Positions 9,556-16,683 of a stretch of DNA of 41,800 nucleotides are shown here, in pieces. The notes below the pieces were generated by a model. That model did not search any database and was not told the origin of the DNA. It was given only the letters and a program-made list of their open reading frames with translations. Location of the stretch: positions 1 to 41,800 of the forward strand of contig JBHLLO010000023.1 in assembly GCA_048885535.1 (NCBI GenBank). Reading direction: 5' to 3'. This DNA comes from Candidatus Hermodarchaeota archaeon. GTDB lineage: Archaea > Asgardarchaeota > Lokiarchaeia > Sigyniarchaeales > SOKP01. Numbering within the stretch: position 1 is the first letter of the stretch; the number at the start of each line of letters is the position of its first letter. The translations under genes and the position numbers were made by a program.

Positions 9556-10350
9556 TTAATTTTTTTCTTTTCGTGTAGGAATTATAACAATCTCATCATC
9601 ATCATCTAAATTATAATCACTTATTTTCAAATTTTCCTCCAAGATTATACCTCCTGATGATATTACAAAATTACTTAAATCATAATCAAATAAAACTCCG
9701 ATCTTCTCTTTAATTTCACTAACGAAGTTAGACATTTCAACAATTATTATTTTTGTTTTTTCACCTGGTTCTATTAAGGATCTCACATAAACACGTATTT
9801 TCTCTTGCATTTCAATATTAATTTTAGGTGGAGTGAAGATAATTTGTTCTATTTCTTTGTCTTTATTTATTATCATATCTTCAATTAATTGTGTTCTTTC
9901 CCGGGGAGAAAAGTATAATAACTCTCTTAAGAAAAATATTTTATCCATTTTTGAAAGATCTAAGAGATTTATTTTCTCTAATTCTTCAGAGTTAAAAACT
10001 GAAAATATATAGTCATCCATTGTTGGTATATTTTTATATGATTCATCTGAATTTGCATATGTATCTATTAATGGCATAGCGTCAAAATAATCCTCAACAA
10101 GCTCATTTCTATATTTCTTTAACGATTTTTTTTTCGACATAAATTTAGGTTTCTTTATTTTTTTACTTGGTATAGATTCAGATTGCGTTATTATATAAAA
10201 AGTGGAAGTAGATATTACAGCAACACTACCAATGGTAAAAAATAGGTAAAATGGAAAATTATCTATTTTTAATATGAATAGGATTACATAGATTAATATA
10301 AAAGTAATGTAAAGAGTAATAATACTTAATACTCTACTTTTTCTTTTCAT
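9556..10350 (-). CDS. Two-TM membrane protein with C-terminal non-conjugatable ubiquitin-like domain
   Basis: Basic N-terminus followed by two hydrophobic helices. The C-terminal domain (VRSLIEPGEKTK...IKEKIGVLF...FVISSGGIILEENLKISDYNLDDDDEIVIIP) is homologous to the neighbouring Ubls but ends TRKEKN. Confidence 0.85.
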   Translation of the reverse strand: MKRKSRVLSIITLYITFILIYVILFILKIDNFPFYLFFTIGSVAVISTSTFYIITQSESIPSKKIKKPKFMSKKKSLKKYRNELVEDYFDAMPLIDTYANSDESYKNIPTMDDYIFSVFNSEELEKINLLDLSKMDKIFFLRELLYFSPRERTQLIEDMIINKDKEIEQIIFTPPKINIEMQEKIRVYVRSLIEPGEKTKIIIVEMSNFVSEIKEKIGVLFDYDLSNFVISSGGIILEENLKISDYNLDDDDEIVIIPTRKEKN

Positions 10351-10424
10351 GGTTTTTTTAATTTTTTTCTAATTTTCTAATTTATCATTTAAAATATAAA
10401 TTCAATTGGTATAAATTTGAAATT

Positions 10425-11102
10425 TTAGTTTGAATTATGTGTTATCAATTTAATGATATTATCGTAGTTCTGTAAATCTAATTTAAATAAAACCCTCTTG
10501 TTGTCTTTTTCAGTTTTTATTATTTTTAAATTAATTAGTATTTTTAGATATTTTTTGATTGTATTATAATTCTTTTTTAATTCCTTGGCAATTCTAGTTA
10601 ATTTTAATTTTTTATTTTCAATCTTCATCAATTCAATTATTTCTTTTACAATGTCTTGATTAAGATAATAATAAGGTTCATCTAATTCTGGATCTGAACC
10701 ATATTCAAAAACCATCCTTTGATTGTCTATTTTTCTTGATCTGGTAAATTGGAATTTTTCTAAGCACGATAAATGCCAAAGGGCTTGATTACTTCCAATA
10801 TTTATAGCCTTCATAATTTCATTAATATTCGAGGGATTCTTCTTGACATAATTGTATATCTCGTTTCTTATTGGATGTTCAATAATATTATTTTTCATTA
10901 ATTTAGTTCCAGGAATTAGTATTCGTTTTTTGATAAGATTTTTAATGATTTTCTCAATCATATTTCTATTTAAGTAAGGGTAAGCTTTCGATCTATTGTT
11001 AATAAAAGTAATAATATCCTCCAACGAAAAGAAGGGTTTCTTATTTAAATATTCCTTTACTAACTCAAGAACAACAGAGTTAACTTTATCTGGAGAACTC
11101 AT
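10425..11102 (-). CDS. Winged-helix (ArsR/COG3398-like, tandem HTH) transcription regulator
   Basis: R.EIYNYVK.NP..INEI.......NQALWHL..LEKF, plus a second HTH (LTRIAKELKKNYNTIKKYLKIL); divergent from the Ubl2-E1 operon. Confidence 0.75.
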   Translation of the reverse strand: MSSPDKVNSVVLELVKEYLNKKPFFSLEDIITFINNRSKAYPYLNRNMIEKIIKNLIKKRILIPGTKLMKNNIIEHPIRNEIYNYVKKNPSNINEIMKAINIGSNQALWHLSCLEKFQFTRSRKIDNQRMVFEYGSDPELDEPYYYLNQDIVKEIIELMKIENKKLKLTRIAKELKKNYNTIKKYLKILINLKIIKTEKDNKRVLFKLDLQNYDNIIKLITHNSN

Positions 11103-11360
11103 AAGGTTTTATATTTACGCTGTTTACAATTTTGATTTTTACTTCCAAATCTTCTCTCTAAAACGATATTTTCTAGCTTATATATATTAGATATTCATTC
11201 AATTTATAGATATATCTTAGAAAGATAGAAACATTAATCTTATTTTTTTATTGAAAATGATAAAAAATTCAAAATCATTCCAATTGGTTTTATAATATCT
11301 TTTTTATGCAATTTTATTAAGTTTATTCAAAAAAACTTAAAAAAAAAAGAAGTGATATAA

Positions 11361-11687
11361 ATGAGTTTTAAAGATGATTTTGATGAAGATTTGGAACCTG
11401 TTAAATCTAAAACACCAGTATCTAAAACCCCTGCTAAAGGAAAAAAATTGACTTTATATTTCATGTCAACCATCGGACCCGGTGAAAAGAAGGAAAAGTT
11501 AACTGTGAATGACGCTAATCAGGTAAATGATATCAAACAAACTTTAGGAAATCTATTCGGACTCGATCCTGATGAATTTCATTTATCATCTGGTGGTGTT
11601 ACCATGGATGAGGACAGTCAATTAGGAGACTATAACCTAAGTGACGGTGACGATATTCTTTTAATCCCAGCTAGTACTGCCGGGTAA
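11361..11687 (+). CDS. Ubiquitin-like modifier 2 (C-terminus PASTAG)
   Basis: Paralogue of 9115..9504 (56/82 identical over the domain, counted by hand); first gene of the E1-E2-JAMM-RING run. Confidence 0.9.
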   Translation: MSFKDDFDEDLEPVKSKTPVSKTPAKGKKLTLYFMSTIGPGEKKEKLTVNDANQVNDIKQTLGNLFGLDPDEFHLSSGGVTMDEDSQLGDYNLSDGDDILLIPASTAG

Positions 11688-11721
11688 ATTTTTAAATTTT
11701 TCTTCATAAATTATAAATTAA

Positions 11722-11742
11722 GGGCAATAAGCCCCTTTTTTT
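11722..11742 (+). terminator. Short GC hairpin plus T7 tract between Ubl2 and E1
   Basis: GGGC-AATAA-GCCC followed by C and TTTTTTT. Confidence 0.45.
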
Positions 11743-11767
11743 CTTTTATTTAATAAAGGTGATAATA

Positions 11768-12991
11768 ATGGATAAAAAATCAGATTTTTTTGACAAAGCG
11801 TTATCAAGCGAGGAGAGAAATTTATATGATCGGCAATTTCGCCTAGAAGGATGGTCCCAGAGATTAGTAAAAAACTCGAGAATATTAATTGTAGGTGTGG
11901 GAGGATTAGGATGTGAAATTGCTAAGAACTTAGCAATGTTAGGTGTAGGTCACTTAGATCTTGTAGATTTAGATATCATTGAGTATTCTAATTTAAACAG
12001 ACAAGTTCTTTTTGCGGGGGCAAAGATCGGAACACCTAAAGCAATTGCAGCCACTAAAAAATTAATAGAAATAAATCCTAATATTAATGTTAAGGGATAC
12101 CACAGTTCGCTTGAGCGATTAGATCCCATGTTATATCAAATGGCTGATGTTGTGATTGGAGGTCTTGATTCAATGAATGCACGCTTAAATTTAAATGCAC
12201 ATTGTATAAGATTTAGAAAACCATTAGTTGATGGTGGTGTATCTGGTTATCATGGTCATATTTATACAATTTTTCCGTATCAGAATGCCTGCTATGAATG
12301 TAATCCATTACCTATAGGAGAAACTGATGAGATGGCGGCGTGTACGGTGGTTGGAATACCTCGTAAAAGAATTCATTGTGTTTTTAAAGGAGATATGGCA
12401 TTTAGAGAAAAATTCGATCGAGATCCAAATCCAAAAGACATAAATGAAATAAGGTTTATTCAAAAGGTTACCAATGAATTAGTAATTAAACACAGTTTCT
12501 TACCTGAATATACTGAAGATGATATTGTGAAAATTCTTGATAGACACGATCCAGGGATAATAACTATAAATGCAGTTATTTCTGCTTTACAATCTCATGA
12601 AGCGGTAAAGATTCTTCATTGGAATAAAGGACATAAAGGATTAGGAGAACCAATTAAAGATTATGTGATATTTAATGCAATGACAATGAAATTTTATCAC
12701 ATCGAGAAACCGAGGAACACTGAATGTTCTCAATGTGGAAGGCAAGTTAGACGTGTAGCTATAAAAATGAATTCGCAATCACCTTGCATTAAAATAATTA
12801 AAACATTACAGAAAAATGGATATAATTTGGAACCTGAGTTTGAACCCGTATTAACATTATTGGATTTTAATGATATTAAAGTAATTGACTTAGAAAAGAA
12901 TCCAATTGAAAATGGTTTAAGAAATCATGAATTTATAACGGTTGCAGGGTTTAAAGGTGGAGAAATTTATGTAACTTTAAAATTAAAATAA
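11768..12991 (+). CDS. Ubiquitin-like activating enzyme E1 (ThiF/UBA family)
   Basis: YDRQ, GVGGLG, DLDIIEYSNLNRQ, Zn motifs CYEC and CSQC, and catalytic-Cys motif ACTVVGIPRKRIHC. ATG at 11768 follows GGTGA-N5. Confidence 0.92.
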   Translation: MDKKSDFFDKALSSEERNLYDRQFRLEGWSQRLVKNSRILIVGVGGLGCEIAKNLAMLGVGHLDLVDLDIIEYSNLNRQVLFAGAKIGTPKAIAATKKLIEINPNINVKGYHSSLERLDPMLYQMADVVIGGLDSMNARLNLNAHCIRFRKPLVDGGVSGYHGHIYTIFPYQNACYECNPLPIGETDEMAACTVVGIPRKRIHCVFKGDMAFREKFDRDPNPKDINEIRFIQKVTNELVIKHSFLPEYTEDDIVKILDRHDPGIITINAVISALQSHEAVKILHWNKGHKGLGEPIKDYVIFNAMTMKFYHIEKPRNTECSQCGRQVRRVAIKMNSQSPCIKIIKTLQKNGYNLEPEFEPVLTLLDFNDIKVIDLEKNPIENGLRNHEFITVAGFKGGEIYVTLKLK

Positions 12992-13093
12992 GGTTCTAAT
13001 CAAAAAATATTTTTTATATCATTTAATGAAATAGATACTTATAAAAGAGTAAATTTTTAATATAAAATTAAACAAAGTAAAGGGATTAAGAAA

Positions 13094-13621
13094 ATGAGTA
13101 TAAGAAGTAGCCGTATTTCCCGAGATTTTGCAGGATTAAAAAAAATGGTTAAAGAGGGGAATCTTGTTCAGTTAGTTCCATTTAACCCTAAAAAGAAAAG
13201 TATTGATCATTTAGCTTTAACAATCAAAGGTCCTAAAGGCACTGCCTATTCAGGTGGCCTTTTTAAACTGGAAATGAAATTCCCTGCTCAATATCCAAAA
13301 CAACCACCTTTCGTAAGAATTCATACTCCTATTTGGCATCCTAATTTTTGGCCAAAACCTAGTGAATACAAAGGTCAGAGAAATATTTGTCTAGCTTTAG
13401 TAGATCCCACATTAGTTGGTCAAAAGGGTGGATGGAGTCCCTCAAAAACAGCTGTTACGGTTGTTCAGGCCATAATTGCCATGTTAAACACACGTGGTAA
13501 ATATGTAAATCCAACCGACGTTTTTAATAAAAAAGCGGCTATAGAAATGATGAAAGATCCTAAATTTTTTGAAAAAAAAGTTAAAAATTTAGTTAAAAAA
13601 TATGCTAGAAGTAAATGGTGA
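13094..13621 (+). CDS. Ubiquitin-conjugating enzyme E2 (UBC fold)
   Basis: IKGPKGTAYSGGLFKL..FP.QYP..PP, TPIWHPN, ICL (catalytic Cys99), WSP and NP.D.FN..AA. Confidence 0.93.
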   Translation: MSIRSSRISRDFAGLKKMVKEGNLVQLVPFNPKKKSIDHLALTIKGPKGTAYSGGLFKLEMKFPAQYPKQPPFVRIHTPIWHPNFWPKPSEYKGQRNICLALVDPTLVGQKGGWSPSKTAVTVVQAIIAMLNTRGKYVNPTDVFNKKAAIEMMKDPKFFEKKVKNLVKKYARSKW

Positions 13622-13626
13622 TATTT

Positions 13627-14445
13627 ATGGACCCATCAAATTCGAATGAAGAATCAATTAAAGAAGAAATTAAAAAAAAAATTAAGGAGATAATTAAGAA
13701 AGAGTTATTAAATGAAATCTATGAAGAGTTAAAGTCAGAAGAAAACGAACTCGTAAACGAGATTAGCACTATGATTTCTCAAAGAGAACCCGAAAAGCAA
13801 TCGATAAAACATACTGCTAACCAAGCTTCTATTCAAGCCTCAATAACTAAAGCATCCCAAAAAGTTATTGCTGTAGATGAAATAGAAAAAGAAGTATATA
13901 TTTCAGTCAAGGCAATTCTAAAGGTAGCAAGTCATGCTCTTAAATATGCCAATTCAAAAATCCCAAGAAAGAATTGGGTAGAAGTAATAGGATTACTTGC
14001 AGGTAAATTAGACAATCACAGTAATATATTACATATTGAAGATTACTATCCTATGGGACATGGAACAGCTGTTTATGCTGAAATAAAAGATTATAAAAAT
14101 TATGCAAGGGCTTTTCGAGATATTAAAAAAGAGAAATTATTTATTTGTGGATGGGCACATAGTCATCCCTCTTATGGGTGTTTTATGAGTAATGAGGATA
14201 TTGGCACTCAATCAAGGTATCAAACGCTCTGGGATAAAGCTGTTGCCCTTGTTATTGATCCTTATCTTATTGATGGAACATCAGCAGGATTTGAGATTTA
14301 TCGTGCAAATCTGAAAACAAAGGCCTGGTATCCTTTAGTGTATGGTATTAAAGGAACATTGGATATTAAGATGCTTCCTGAAATCTTAGAATTTATGAAT
14401 CCAATCATTCAAGGAAAACCAGCATATTTAGAATATGATGAATAA
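13627..14445 (+). CDS. JAMM/MPN+ metallo-isopeptidase (Rpn11/CSN5-like)
   Basis: EVIGLL plus GWAHSHPSYGCFMSNEDIGTQ and ALVIDP; ATG at 13627 follows GGTGA-N5; ~90-aa charged helical N-terminal extension. Confidence 0.92.
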   Translation: MDPSNSNEESIKEEIKKKIKEIIKKELLNEIYEELKSEENELVNEISTMISQREPEKQSIKHTANQASIQASITKASQKVIAVDEIEKEVYISVKAILKVASHALKYANSKIPRKNWVEVIGLLAGKLDNHSNILHIEDYYPMGHGTAVYAEIKDYKNYARAFRDIKKEKLFICGWAHSHPSYGCFMSNEDIGTQSRYQTLWDKAVALVIDPYLIDGTSAGFEIYRANLKTKAWYPLVYGIKGTLDIKMLPEILEFMNPIIQGKPAYLEYDE

Positions 14446-14477
14446 TAATTTGCGTTATAATTGGTGATAATCAAACT

Positions 14478-15608
14478 GTGCTTAAAACTAAGGGTTTAGC
14501 AATAATATTTATTCTATTCTTAATAATTGGCATAATACATGGTTTTATTATCACTTTTTCATTAAATATCTTCTTTACTTGGCCGCTAATTGGCTTATGG
14601 GTTATATTTACCCTTAAAATTCTAGAAAATGTAAAACGCCATCGAGAATTTAATTCTCCTTACAATACAGCCTTTTTTGTGGTAATTCCATTGTTTATTG
14701 GCATCTTTTACTCAATTTGGGGCTATTTTACTGGTATCTTAGGTCAAAACTTAATAGAGGGTTCAAGTTTATATTTTAGTTGGTGGAGCATTATTTTTGG
14801 ATTTCCATTTGTACTATACGGATCTTATTCACTTTATCGTTGTTTTAAGAAATATAATGTAATTTATTTTGGTACAAAATCAATAAATGCGAGAAGATTA
14901 GGTTATATCTTAGCTTTCATAGTTGTTCTTTTTATTATGATATATTGGATAGCTTTTTATTCGGTTAATGTTTTTTATGATTCTCCCCTAACCCCGCTTC
15001 ATTTTTCTTTAAACCTTAATCTTTTAATATTACTTATTACAACCTTATTAATACTAATTATTTTTGGATTTGTTGGCTCGAAACAATCCTTACCAACATT
15101 AACTCGTGAATATATCACACAACGTACGAGAAGATTGAATTCATTAACTTCCCCATCTACTTTAAATTCATCTAGAAGGCGAAATACATCATCCAGACCT
15201 AATCCCTCAACTAGAACTACTACACGTACGACTATAAGAAGAACACCAACTACCGTTAGAGAAACAACTAGAACTAAGACAAAAACGAGTACTCAAACTA
15301 AAAGAGTTAAAGCTCATGATTTTTCGAGATATAAACCAAAAGCATCATATCTCTCAGTAGAAGATTTTAAATGTATTTTTTGTTTTAAATTACCAAAACT
15401 TCCTGATGATAGAGGGAGGGGGGTAGTTATCTGTCCAAAATGTAGATATCCTGCACATGCAGATGAATTTAGAGATTGGATGCAAACATCCAATCTCTGT
15501 TCAAGATGTAGTGCTCCCATTTCATCTTCATATAGAAGAAACCCTAGAATAATTAGTGTAAAGAATTATTTGATGATCTATTCACATTTTCTAAAAAAGA
15601 AAAGCTAA
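14478..15608 (+). CDS. Multi-pass membrane protein with C-terminal RING-variant finger (putative E3 ligase)
   Basis: About 6 hydrophobic helices, an S/T/R-rich linker, then C-x2-C-x16-C-x2-C-x4-H-x2-E-x3-W-x6-C-x2-C; last gene of the Ubl operon. Confidence 0.8.
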   Translation: MLKTKGLAIIFILFLIIGIIHGFIITFSLNIFFTWPLIGLWVIFTLKILENVKRHREFNSPYNTAFFVVIPLFIGIFYSIWGYFTGILGQNLIEGSSLYFSWWSIIFGFPFVLYGSYSLYRCFKKYNVIYFGTKSINARRLGYILAFIVVLFIMIYWIAFYSVNVFYDSPLTPLHFSLNLNLLILLITTLLILIIFGFVGSKQSLPTLTREYITQRTRRLNSLTSPSTLNSSRRRNTSSRPNPSTRTTTRTTIRRTPTTVRETTRTKTKTSTQTKRVKAHDFSRYKPKASYLSVEDFKCIFCFKLPKLPDDRGRGVVICPKCRYPAHADEFRDWMQTSNLCSRCSAPISSSYRRNPRIISVKNYLMIYSHFLKKKS

Positions 15609-15630
15609 CTCTTTAATTATTTTAAATGAT

Positions 15631-16590
15631 TCAATTTAAGATTTCTAATTCTTTCTTTAAATCTCCTATGGTAGTTTTTAATTCCGCATAAACATTATGA
15701 GGATGAATTGATTCATAACTTTCTATTTTAAAGATTATTTTAAACTTTTCATCTAGATTGGGGAAATCTCTTAAAATGAAGTTTTTTGCCATTTCCCTTA
15801 TTACATCTTCTGCGAATAAAGGTTTCAGATGAGCACTTCTAACAAGTTTCGCCTCTTCTGGTCTTTTTAAAACAGATTGCATCTTTCCACTCATTGAATC
15901 TTCTATAATATCGATAATGTCTAATACATCAATTTTATGATTATTTAAATCTTTAATTTGAACTATAATAGTTCCAGTCGATCTTTGATTATGGGAACTA
16001 AAGGGCAAGATATTAAGAAGTTTTTGAATGACTTCAGGTGGGAGATTGATGTCATTTCTATTTTTGATGATCTGTTCAGCGTATTCTTGACTCATTTCTT
16101 TAGCACATGGGCAAACCGTCATTCCAACAGCACTGGCCCCAATATAATAGTTAAAGTCGATTTCTTCTTTATCATTCTTCCTAGCTTTTACATAGGAAAT
16201 TATATCATAAGCTTTTTGAATTGTTCTTTGTTCGTTGTCTTTCACTTGGACAATTATTTTTCCTTCTAATTTTACCTCAACTTTCTCTGTATAAGGATGT
16301 CTTTCTAATAATTGTCGAGCAATTCTATCTCCTACAACTTCAACAGAAGGTGTAGGCTTAAATATTACTTCGTTTATAATCTCCTCAATAGTCTCTGAGG
16401 TACGGGACATATGAATACCTCTTTTATGACTAGGCAATGAAATCAATGCTGAGATTTTAGGATAAAATGAGAATTTTTTATTTTCTTGAATAATATCAAC
16501 TTTCTTTTCTACTCCTACAATTCCAACCTTATCAATAGGGATGTTTACCCTCGAAATTGAGTCTTGCAGATCTTTTTTAAATTGATTAAT
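15631..16590 (-). CDS. mptA: GTP cyclohydrolase MptA (FolE2 family), probable ATT start
   Basis: RGIHMSR, GMTVCPCA, SHNQR, LKRPEE, PLFAEDVIR and ESIHPHN. The frame stays open 48 codons beyond the TTG at 16446 and contains the conserved DLQD...IDKVGI.GV, back to ATT at 16590. Confidence 0.88.
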   Translation of the reverse strand: MNQFKKDLQDSISRVNIPIDKVGIVGVEKKVDIIQENKKFSFYPKISALISLPSHKRGIHMSRTSETIEEIINEVIFKPTPSVEVVGDRIARQLLERHPYTEKVEVKLEGKIIVQVKDNEQRTIQKAYDIISYVKARKNDKEEIDFNYYIGASAVGMTVCPCAKEMSQEYAEQIIKNRNDINLPPEVIQKLLNILPFSSHNQRSTGTIIVQIKDLNNHKIDVLDIIDIIEDSMSGKMQSVLKRPEEAKLVRSAHLKPLFAEDVIREMAKNFILRDFPNLDEKFKIIFKIESYESIHPHNVYAELKTTIGDLKKELEILN

Positions 16591-16683
16591 TTAAAATCAC
16601 CGAAATTTATTTGCTTCTACCAATTCTAATAATTAATATTTAATTAAATTATTTCTTGATAAAAAGTAAAACTTTCCTTACTT

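Noticed and set aside
11176-11220. TA-rich palindromes (e.g. AGATATATCT) as the wHTH operator
   Set aside because: Too low in complexity to distinguish from chance in AT-rich DNA.
11361-12991. Reading Ubl+E1 as a ThiS/MoaD/SAMP sulfur-carrier pair
   Set aside because: Adjacent E2, RING and JAMM genes, the Uba2/Uba3-like Cys motif, ubiquitin-like sequence features and the lack of a diGly end all favour protein conjugation.
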